This document shows positions 1-7,979 of a DNA stretch of 64,000 nucleotides, in pieces (within the stretch, counting starts at the first letter, position 1; every line of letters starts with the position of its first letter). This DNA comes from Thermodesulfobacteriota bacterium (GTDB lineage Bacteria > Desulfobacterota > Desulfarculia > JACQYL01). Both the position numbers and the translations under genes were made by a program. The stretch is from positions 3,360,001 through 3,424,000 of the forward strand of contig CAXXLZ010000002.1 of assembly GCA_963675595.2 (NCBI GenBank), read 5' to 3'. The notes under the pieces are model-generated. The model was not told the origin of the DNA. It saw nothing but the letters and a program-made list of their open reading frames with translations, and searched no databases.

Positions 1-84
1 GCCCCACCCTTCCGGCGGTCTTCCTGAAGAGGGCCCCGGTGTTGAAGGGCTTTAATCGTCACCTTCGGAAAAGGAGGAAGCGTA

Positions 85-390
85 ATGGAAAATCGAGCGG
101 GCATCATTTTTACGGGTTCCGGTCCAATTCTTATCCTAACCACTTACGACAGCTTCACCGATGCGAAATTCGTAGAGAAACTGCAGCAGAAGGGAATCAA
201 GAAGTTTATCGCTTACGAGGTCCCTGTGGAGCTGTGCAAGAAAAAATACGGCATGCACTACGACGTGATCCTCAAAGATCTGAACCAGACCGACGACCTG
301 CGGGTACTGGATTACGACGGGCACAACGTATTCTATAGCTTCACCTTCGACGAGATGGGCGAGCCGGTACAGTACGAAGGCGCCAAATAA
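85..390 (+). CDS. Small conserved-looking cytosolic hypothetical protein (101 aa)
   Basis: AGGAGG RBS before the ATG, natural protein composition, followed by a hairpin terminator. Confidence 0.8.
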   Translation: MENRAGIIFTGSGPILILTTYDSFTDAKFVEKLQQKGIKKFIAYEVPVELCKKKYGMHYDVILKDLNQTDDLRVLDYDGHNVFYSFTFDEMGEPVQYEGAK

Positions 391-431
391 CGCCGGCGCC
401 CGAGAAATCGGGTGAACGTCTTTTCTCCGGG

Positions 432-468
432 GAAAGGGGCTCCTATGCAGGGAGCCCCTTCCTGCTTA
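432..468 (+). terminator. Putative intrinsic terminator hairpin
   Basis: AAGGGGCTCC...GGAGCCCCTT inverted repeat just after the 85..390 ORF; the U-tract is weak. Confidence 0.5.
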
Positions 469-556
469 ACGGACCACCGGGCATTCGAGGAGGAACGGCA
501 GAGGCGCCGGTCTTCAACCGATCCGTCATACGGGCATTGAAAAGGGGAGATTCCAC

Positions 557-1267
557 TTGGATCCAAAACAGGACAAAGAAACGGCGCGCAAAGGAAAGGA
601 ACTCGCCGCCAAAGCGGCGGCGCAACTCGTTGAGAGCGATCGGGTGGTGGGCTTGGGAACGGGCTCCACGGCCGAGTTTCTCATTCGGGAGCTGGGCAGG
701 CGAGTGCGGGAGGAGGGATTGCGTATCGAAGGTGTTCCCACTTCGTTCGAGGCACTTCGGTTGGCCCGTGAGGTGGGGATTTCCGTTCGTTCGGTGGATG
801 CGGTGGATACGGTGCACATTGCCGTGGACGGAGCCGACCGGGTGGACCCCGGAAAGAACCTGATCAAAGGGGGCGGGGGCTGCCACACCATGGAGAAAAT
901 CGTGGAGGCCTATGCCGAGCGGTTGGTTATCATCGCGGATGCGTCCAAACTGGTGGAGAGTCTCGGGGGCACGTTTCCGGTTCCCATCGAGGTGGTCCCC
1001 GCGGCCTTGCGCGGGGTGATGAGCGCGGTGGAGCGGCTGGGCGGCACTCCGAAACTTCGCATGGCGGAAAAGAAAGTGGGACCCGTGGTCACCGATTTGG
1101 GCAACATGCTCGTGGACGCTTTTTTCGAATCCATACCGGATCCCGGGGAGTTGGAGAAGAAGCTGAACAATCTTGCAGGCGTGGTGGACAATGGGCTGTT
1201 CGTGGGATTGGCCCATGAGGTGATCATCGGTGACGGGGCCACGGGAACCATCCGGCATCTGAAATAG
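557..1267 (+). CDS. rpiA: Ribose-5-phosphate isomerase A
   Basis: GLGTGST, DGAD, IKGGGG..MEK and VVTDLGN motifs; TTG start after GGGGAG. Confidence 0.95.
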   Translation: MDPKQDKETARKGKELAAKAAAQLVESDRVVGLGTGSTAEFLIRELGRRVREEGLRIEGVPTSFEALRLAREVGISVRSVDAVDTVHIAVDGADRVDPGKNLIKGGGGCHTMEKIVEAYAERLVIIADASKLVESLGGTFPVPIEVVPAALRGVMSAVERLGGTPKLRMAEKKVGPVVTDLGNMLVDAFFESIPDPGELEKKLNNLAGVVDNGLFVGLAHEVIIGDGATGTIRHLK

Positions 1268-1409
1268 CGTTGACGGAGTTGTCATACCGGGGGGGCGTAC
1301 GGGAAGAGCGCCGCCGACCGAACCTTCCGACCTCGGCCGCGGCGCATGCCGGGATAATGAATCCGCGAAGGCATGCGTCAGGCAAGCAAATCCGACGATT
1401 CCAGGCGGT

Positions 1410-2369
1410 CTATACAACCGCCTTCCGAGAAACGGAACTCTTCCCGGAAGAAGCTGCACGCAAGGATGGAGAGGCGAAGCCGAAGGGGACTCGGGAGGAA
1501 AGCTCCCGACCCGCCGGATCGGCTTGAAAGAACCGGAGCGGGACCCGTCCCTCGACTACGCCTTTGGAAGACAGCCGGCGGTAAAAGGCCGTCAGGCCTT
1601 CCAGCAAATCGGGCCCAAGATCGAAACGCAACTGGTGGAAGTATTCGATGACGATCTTCCGATCCAGGTTGCTGCGTAACGCGGCTTCACGCGCCGCCGC
1701 ATCCATCGCGAGCCGGGTCAGGCGCTTGGATTCAAGCAAGGCTTTGTGTACCTGATCCACATCCCGAGGCCGGGCTTGCGCAAAGGAACGCCGGACCACC
1801 CATACCGCGAACACGAATCCCAGGCGGGTCCGTTCCCGCCACCATTCGGCCAGGTCCAGCCGATGAGCAAATTCGTCGCTTTCCGCCATGCGCAGCGCCG
1901 TATCCCCGATGATCAAAGCGGCGAGAGGTTTTTCTCGACGGATGCGCTCCCGGGTCACGGCCGTGGGAACGTAGACGGGGGGATGGGATACCGTGTCTCC
2001 TACAAGCAGGCGGAGCAGTTCTCGGGCGGTTTCCGATTCATGGGTCACCCACACCGGGCGACCCGCCAATTCCGACACAGGCACCCGGCTCATGAAAAAA
2101 ACGCTTCCCACCGGTCCGAAGGCGGAGATGGAAAGGTCGGGAAGCAGCAGGTATTCGTGGTGACGGCGGGCATATTCAACGGACGATACCGGACCGATGT
2201 CCAGTTCGCCCTCTCGAATCTTTCGGTTCAGCTCCGCCGGTGCTCCGTACTCCAGATTGAAGGTTCCGACTTGGCCGGTTTCCAAGGCGTAATATACGGG
2301 ATCGGAGTTGATGTACCGAATGCGGCCCACTCGGGGCGGGCGTAATGAAAGAGGGCTGAGCTTTTCCAT
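1410..2369 (-). CDS. mqnA: Chorismate dehydratase (futalosine pathway MqnA)
   Basis: GRIRYINSDP, SSVEYA, GPVGSV, IGDTAL, DLAEWW and FVFAVW motifs; divergent from mqnE/mqnC. Confidence 0.88.
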   Translation of the reverse strand: MEKLSPLSLRPPRVGRIRYINSDPVYYALETGQVGTFNLEYGAPAELNRKIREGELDIGPVSSVEYARRHHEYLLLPDLSISAFGPVGSVFFMSRVPVSELAGRPVWVTHESETARELLRLLVGDTVSHPPVYVPTAVTRERIRREKPLAALIIGDTALRMAESDEFAHRLDLAEWWRERTRLGFVFAVWVVRRSFAQARPRDVDQVHKALLESKRLTRLAMDAAAREAALRSNLDRKIVIEYFHQLRFDLGPDLLEGLTAFYRRLSSKGVVEGRVPLRFFQADPAGRELSSRVPFGFASPSLRAASSGKSSVSRKAVV

Positions 2370-2439
2370 TTATTGACCGTCTGGTCACCGGTAACAGGTT
2401 AAATTTAAAATTGCATTTCGGTGACCACCTGGTCAATAA
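2370..2439. promoter_or_regulatory. Paired palindromic operators (TGACC-N4-GGTCA x2) in a divergent promoter
   Basis: 2370-2390 TTATTGACCgtcTGGTCACCG and 2419-2439 CGGTGACCAcctGGTCAATAA are inverted copies (18/21), each internally palindromic, around an AT-rich core. Confidence 0.65.
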
Positions 2440-2486
2440 TAACTCTGAAAATTCTCCAATGCAAGGGGAAGGCGGAAGGTACTTTC

Positions 2487-3056
2487 GTGGCGGAAGCGAG
2501 TGGAGCAAAGCCGGAAGGCCGTCGAATCGTCCCTTCGAGAATCGCTTTGATCGGTTACCGTTGCACCGGAAAGACTTCGGTGGCCCGATTGCTCGGGGAA
2601 CTCCTGAGCATGCCCTGGATCGATCTGGACCGGGAAATCCAGACCGCATCGGGAGTCACCATTGCTGAGACGGTGGCGCGCGAAGGCTGGCCCGGCTTTC
2701 GGCAAAGAGAATTGCGGGCACTGGAAGCCTGTTCTTCGCGGGAGCGGGTGGTGGCGGCCATGGGCGGGGGTGTGGTGGTGACCCCTCATTGCAGGGAGCT
2801 TCTCAGCAACCGATTTTACACCGTTTGGCTGACCGCTCGGGTGGAAACCATATTCAAACGAATGCGAACCGATCCCGTGACGGGCGAGCAAAGACCCGCC
2901 CTTACCGAACTGGATCCGGAACGGGAGATACGAGCCCTGTTGGACGAGCGCGCTCCCTGGTACCGGGCTTGTGCGCGAATGGTCGTTGCCACGGATGAGA
3001 AAAGCCCCCGGGAGTTGGCGGCCGAGATTCGATCCCGTTTAACCGGAAAAGAGTAA
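2487..3056 (+). CDS. aroK: Shikimate kinase
   Basis: GYRCTGKT P-loop, DLD, GWPGFR..E, GGGVV and RP.L motifs. Start moved to GTG 2487 (GGAAGG upstream); the ORF track starts at 2421. Confidence 0.9.
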   Translation: MAEASGAKPEGRRIVPSRIALIGYRCTGKTSVARLLGELLSMPWIDLDREIQTASGVTIAETVAREGWPGFRQRELRALEACSSRERVVAAMGGGVVVTPHCRELLSNRFYTVWLTARVETIFKRMRTDPVTGEQRPALTELDPEREIRALLDERAPWYRACARMVVATDEKSPRELAAEIRSRLTGKE

Positions 3057-3226
3057 AGCAATTTCGGATTCCCCGTACGGGTAATGGGACGTCGTTTTCG
3101 GGAGAGCGCGGGGGCCTTCCAGGAACAGGAATCTACCGGGGTTTTGACGCCGAAAGGCAGGATGGAGATTTTTCCCCGAAAAATGCTCAAAGGGTCGGAG
3201 CACAAACGCCGGCCCCGGAGTACGCC

Positions 3227-4342
3227 ATGAGATTTCAACCCACGGACCCGCGTCTCATCGAAGTTCAGGAAAAGCTGGAAGCGGGGGAGCGTCTTGACGC
3301 TTCCGACGGCGTCGCTTTGTTCCGCACAAAGGACCTGTTGGGTTTGGGCGTGTCGGCCCACCGGGTCCGGCTTTCCAAGAACGAAAGGCGAGCCTATTTC
3401 ATCTATAATCAGCACCTCAATTACACCAATGTGTGCAAGAATCTGTGCCGCTTCTGCGCTTTCGGCCGCAGGCAGGATGCGGCCGGAGCCTACACCCTGA
3501 GCCTCGACCAGGTGGAAGAGGCTCTCAGGAGCCGCCAAGAAGAACCCATTCGCGAAATCCACATCGTGGGCGGCGTGAACCCGGACATTCCTCCGGAATA
3601 CTATTTCGATCTGGTGAAGAAAGTGAAGGAAGTCCGCCCGGAAGCGACGGTCAAGGCCTATTCCGCCGTGGAGGTGCATCATATCGCCCAAATTTCCGGT
3701 ATGAGTCTTGCGGACACGTTGAAACGCCTCAAAGCGAACGGGTTGGAAATGATGCCCGGTGGGGGCGCCGAAGTGTTCGCCCCCCGCATTCGTCGGGAGC
3801 TGTATCCTTCCAAGATCGGAGCGGAAGACTGGCTGGAGGTCATGCGGCAGGCGCATCTGGCGGGAATCCGAACCAACGCCACCATGCTATACGGCCATAT
3901 CGAAACCGTGGAGGAGCGAGTGGACCACTTGCTGCGGCTCCGGCGACTTCAGGACGAAGTCCCGGGGTTTCTGGCCTTGGTGCCCCTCGCCTTTCATTCG
4001 GCCAACACCGGCTTGGCGCACCTGCCGCCCACCTCGGGTTACGACGATCTGAAAACCGTGGCGGCGAGCCGCCTGCTGCTGGATAATTTCCCGCACATCA
4101 AGGCCTACTGGGTCATGTTGGGCCTCAAGCAGGCCCAGGTGGCCCTCTCCTTCGGCGCGGACGATCTGGACGGCACCATCGTTGAGGAAAGAATCACCCA
4201 TACGGCGGGTGCGGAAAGCCCCAAGGGAGTGAGTCGGTCGCTGTTGCGGGGACTCATCGAGGAAGCCGGATTCGAGCCGGTGGAACGGGACGCTTTCTAT
4301 GAGCCCGTGGAATTAAGGGACGGAGCGCATGCCGTTGGATGA
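3227..4342 (+). CDS. mqnE: Aminodeoxyfutalosine synthase (radical SAM)
   Basis: NYTNVCKNLCRFCAF, MPGGGAEVF, TNATMLYGHIE, PHIKAYW and GADDLDGT motifs. Confidence 0.92.
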   Translation: MRFQPTDPRLIEVQEKLEAGERLDASDGVALFRTKDLLGLGVSAHRVRLSKNERRAYFIYNQHLNYTNVCKNLCRFCAFGRRQDAAGAYTLSLDQVEEALRSRQEEPIREIHIVGGVNPDIPPEYYFDLVKKVKEVRPEATVKAYSAVEVHHIAQISGMSLADTLKRLKANGLEMMPGGGAEVFAPRIRRELYPSKIGAEDWLEVMRQAHLAGIRTNATMLYGHIETVEERVDHLLRLRRLQDEVPGFLALVPLAFHSANTGLAHLPPTSGYDDLKTVAASRLLLDNFPHIKAYWVMLGLKQAQVALSFGADDLDGTIVEERITHTAGAESPKGVSRSLLRGLIEEAGFEPVERDAFYEPVELRDGAHAVG

Positions 4343-5396
4343 GGTGGTCCGGAAGGTGATGACGGGTGGGCGATTGAACCGGGAAGAGGCCGTCCTGTTG
4401 TACCGGGACGCGGAGCTCCTGGAACTGGGTTGCCTCGCCCATGCCCGTCGCCTGGTCCTTCATCCGGAATCCCTGGTGACCTATGTGGTGGACCGCAACA
4501 TCAACTACACCAATGTGTGCACCGCAGGGTGCCGGTTTTGCGCCTTTCACCGCGCGCCCGGATCGTCGGAAGCCTACGTGCTGTCCCACAAGGAATTGGC
4601 CGGCAAGATTCAGGAAACGCTGGACTTGGGGGGCACCCAGATACTGCTCCAGGGGGGGCTGAATCCGGACTTGGGGCTTTCCGACTACCGGGAAATGCTG
4701 CGCTTCATCAAGGAGCGTTTTCCCATTCACGTCCATGGGTTCTCCCCGCCTGAGATCGTGTTTTTGGCGAAAAAGGAAGACTCATCCGTTGAGGAAGTGC
4801 TTCGAGCTTTGATGGAGGCCGGCTTGGGCTCCATCCCCGGAGGCGGCGCGGAAATCCTGGTGGATGAAGTGCGCCGCCGGGTATCGCCGGGAAAATGCTC
4901 GGCGGAGGAGTGGCTCGAGGTCATGGAAACGGCCCACGGCCTGGGCCTCCGGACCACGGCCACCATGATGTTCGGCCATGTGGAAACGCCCGAGCAACGC
5001 ATCGAACATCTTTTCAGGATTCGAGACCTCCAGGACCGGACGGGGGGGTTCACCGCATTCATTCCCTGGACCTTCCAGCCGGCGCACACCAGGATACCGT
5101 TGGCGCCGCTGGGCGGAGTCGCGTATCTTCGGATGCTCGCCTTGAGCCGGATCGCGTTGGACAATGTGTCCAATGTGCAGGCTTCCTGGGTCACGCAAGG
5201 GGCCAAGATCGGTCAGGTGGCGTTGACCTTCGGGGCCAACGACTTGGGCAGCACCATGATCGAGGAAAACGTGGTGGCCGCCGCCGGGGTTTCCTTCCGC
5301 CTTTCGGAAGACGACATGATCCGCATGATCCGGGACGCGGGCTTCATGCCCGCTCGGCGGGACACCTTTTACCGGATCCTGAGCACACCAGTCTGA
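4329..5396 (+). CDS. mqnC: Cyclic dehypoxanthinyl futalosine synthase (radical SAM)
   Basis: VDRNINYTNVC..GCRFCAF, IPGGGAEIL, FTAFIPWTFQP, QASWVTQG and GSTMIEENVV motifs. Confidence 0.93.
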   Translation: MPLDEVVRKVMTGGRLNREEAVLLYRDAELLELGCLAHARRLVLHPESLVTYVVDRNINYTNVCTAGCRFCAFHRAPGSSEAYVLSHKELAGKIQETLDLGGTQILLQGGLNPDLGLSDYREMLRFIKERFPIHVHGFSPPEIVFLAKKEDSSVEEVLRALMEAGLGSIPGGGAEILVDEVRRRVSPGKCSAEEWLEVMETAHGLGLRTTATMMFGHVETPEQRIEHLFRIRDLQDRTGGFTAFIPWTFQPAHTRIPLAPLGGVAYLRMLALSRIALDNVSNVQASWVTQGAKIGQVALTFGANDLGSTMIEENVVAAAGVSFRLSEDDMIRMIRDAGFMPARRDTFYRILSTPV

Positions 5397-5609
5397 AACG
5401 GGGTGCCACGTTACCCCGTCCGCCTTTCGGCTTTCGCACTTCTCCGGACCCCCAACATCCCGAGCCGGCCGTTCTCTTTGGCGATTATGGATCCATGTCG
5501 TTCCGCGAGGTTTATCGGGAGGACTCAAGGTGCTAAAATAATAGAAAAGTAGTTGCTCCCGTACTCGAATCGGACGACCGGATTGCCGGCCGGAGAGGAG
5601 GGTTCCGCC

Positions 5610-7232
5610 ATGAAGAAGTCGTCACTTGAACGGGTTTCTTTGTTCGTCGTCATTGCGGTGGCGCTTTTTTTCGCCTTCCCGGCGCTCGTCCACGCGGCGA
5701 CTCGCGAAAGGGCCATACAGGTGGTGATCAAAGACCGGGAAGGTCGGGACGTGGGGGGATACGGCGACAGCTACGCTCTCCTGGTGGGGATATCGGATTA
5801 CACCGCCGGATGGCCCGATCTGGAAAGTGTTCCCGGCGAAATGGACCGTGTGTCCGCCTTTCTCGAGGAACAAGGTTTCAAGACGGAGAAACTTCGCAAT
5901 CCTACGAGCAGAGAGTTGCGCCGTGGGGTGGACGAGTTCATCAATCGTTATGGATTCGATCCGAACAATCGGCTGCTCCTCTTCTTTTCAGGACACGGGC
6001 ACAGCCGATTGGAGGGAAGGAAGGGGTACATCGTACCCGCGGACGCCCCGGATCCCACGGTGGATGAAATCGGCTTCGTGCAAAAGGCCGTGGAAATGGC
6101 TCAGGTGCTCACTTGGGCCAAACGCATTGAAGCGAGGCACGCCCTTTTTCTGTTCGACAGCTGTTTTTCGGGTACCGTATTTAAGACTCGGGCCATTTCA
6201 GGCAGTCCTCCCCACATTTCAGACCTCACGTCTCACCCGGTGCGCCAGTTCATCACCGCCGGCAGTGCGGGGGAAGCCGTACCGGCGCGGAGCGTTTTCG
6301 TTCCTCTGTTGATTCGGGCCCTATCCGGAGCGGCGGACTATGATCGGGACGGTTACGTCACGGGAACGGAACTCGGAACTTTTCTCCATCACGAGGTGTT
6401 GGCTTACGGCATCGGCCAGACGCCCCAATACGGAAAGATCAGGGACCCGGAACTGGACGAGGGAGATTTTGTCTTCCACATGTCGCGGCTCCCCCAGTCG
6501 GAGGAGCGGGCCACGCTGTCGGTCCTCTCCAACGTTTCGGGCGCGAGGGTCCTGGTGGACGGGATCGAACTCGGCATAACGCCCCTTTCCGAGGCCCCGG
6601 TTCCGTCCGGGCAAAGGCGGGTGTCCGTGGAAAAGAGCGGCTACAAGGTCTACGCTCGCAGCATGACTTTTGAACCCGGTCGTTCCGCTTCTCTGTCCGT
6701 GGACCTGCAACCCGTCCCGCCGCGCACGGCCCGTCTTTATGTGGATACCGAGCCCCGAGGGGCACGGGTCCGGGTCCTCAATGTCAAACCCGCATTTGAG
6801 CAGGGAATGGAGCTGCAACCGGGGTCTTATCATCTCGAAATCTCCTCCGAAGGTTGGGAAACGGAAACCCGATGGGTCAGTCTGGACCCGGGTGAAGACA
6901 AGAATGTGGTGGTTCGTCTGACCGTCATGACTCCAAAGGTGAAGGAGCCCGTCTTCACCGCGGGAAACATCGCCCGGGCCGTGGCAAACAATCGGTGGGA
7001 CTGGACCGTGTTCATCCGCGGTTCCGAAGAGGATTTGGCCCGGGTCCAATGTGTCGAATACACCCTGCATCCCACTTTTCCCGATCCGGTGCGCACCGTG
7101 TGCCGACGGGGAGAGGGGTCTCAAGCGTTCCCTCTTTCCACCAACGGCTGGGGTACCTTTGTCGTGCGTATCCGAGTGCTGCTGAAAGACGGCAAAGACA
7201 TGAAACTCAGCCATCAGCTAAGGTTCCGGTGA
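5610..7232 (+). CDS. Exported caspase-like (C14) peptidase with PEGA domain(s) and a C-terminal prokaryotic YEATS domain
   Basis: Signal peptide; SGHG and DSCFSG catalytic dyad; PEGA (SNVSGARVLVDG..LGITPL); YEATS hallmarks WDWTVFI, VEYTLHPTF, GWGTF. ATG 5610 follows GAGGAGG. Confidence 0.85.
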   Translation: MKKSSLERVSLFVVIAVALFFAFPALVHAATRERAIQVVIKDREGRDVGGYGDSYALLVGISDYTAGWPDLESVPGEMDRVSAFLEEQGFKTEKLRNPTSRELRRGVDEFINRYGFDPNNRLLLFFSGHGHSRLEGRKGYIVPADAPDPTVDEIGFVQKAVEMAQVLTWAKRIEARHALFLFDSCFSGTVFKTRAISGSPPHISDLTSHPVRQFITAGSAGEAVPARSVFVPLLIRALSGAADYDRDGYVTGTELGTFLHHEVLAYGIGQTPQYGKIRDPELDEGDFVFHMSRLPQSEERATLSVLSNVSGARVLVDGIELGITPLSEAPVPSGQRRVSVEKSGYKVYARSMTFEPGRSASLSVDLQPVPPRTARLYVDTEPRGARVRVLNVKPAFEQGMELQPGSYHLEISSEGWETETRWVSLDPGEDKNVVVRLTVMTPKVKEPVFTAGNIARAVANNRWDWTVFIRGSEEDLARVQCVEYTLHPTFPDPVRTVCRRGEGSQAFPLSTNGWGTFVVRIRVLLKDGKDMKLSHQLRFR

Positions 7233-7414
7233 GTTATCTTGTTTCCCTGCGGAGAGCGCTGTCGGCTCGGGAAAATTCGGGCTTGACATGTGAAGGACTA
7301 TTGCTGTAGAGGCGGAACTCTACGGCGACGAAAGAAAGCGGAGGCTCGAAGTTCTCCTGAGGGTGTGGTAGCGGTCCTCGTACGCCGGAGAATCGAAAAC
7401 AAAGAAGAAATCCT

Positions 7415-7473
7415 AAGCCATGAAGGCTTTCCTCTCCTTTGGAGGGGGGCTGTTCATGGCTTTTTTGTTTTTT
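7415..7473 (+). terminator. Intrinsic terminator in the region upstream of the TonB receptor
   Basis: AAGCCATGAA...TTCATGGCTT stem followed by TTTTGTTTTTT. Confidence 0.7.
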
Positions 7474-7979
7474 GTGCCCCTGATCGTGCCGATAGAGCGA
7501 ACAAGCCGAAGAAGGGAGGTGAGATCGGCCGACGGTATTTCCGACGGCGTATGAACATTACGAAGCGTGCACAAGAAAGCCAATGGGGCGAGGAATGCGG
7601 GTAGGAAGGCGGCACACCGCGCCAACGGAGACGGCCGCCTCCCAACGCAGGCGGGGATTGATCCCTGAAGGGATTTCCCTGTCCGTTCCTCTCTTAACAA
7701 GGCCGGACGCACACGTCAACAGAAGCTCCATAGGGTTTCCGGTCTTCCGGCCGAGCCTGTGGGGCCGGTAAGCACAGCGAGTCCGGCGACTTCGACAAGC
7801 CCCCAACCAGTACATTCCGAATCACCAAACCACTAGCCGACTCGGCAAGCGCCGAAGGCCGGGCTCAGCAGGGCGTCCTTTTTCCGGTGACTGCTCCGGG
7901 ACGCCCCTTGCGCTGCGGCGTCGGCGCCGTTGCGGCATGGCGCGCCGCGTGCCCGAGCCCAAGTCATGGAGAAGAAGAG

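Noticed and set aside
7551-7604. 17-codon peptide MNITKRAQESQWGEECG as a leader peptide
   Set aside because: The nearest RBS-like GGAGG is about 30 nt upstream and there is no regulatory codon pattern.
7283-7979. Cobalamin, NiCo, Moco or c-di-AMP riboswitch call
   Set aside because: Core consensus elements were not found by eye; kept only as an unassigned structured leader.
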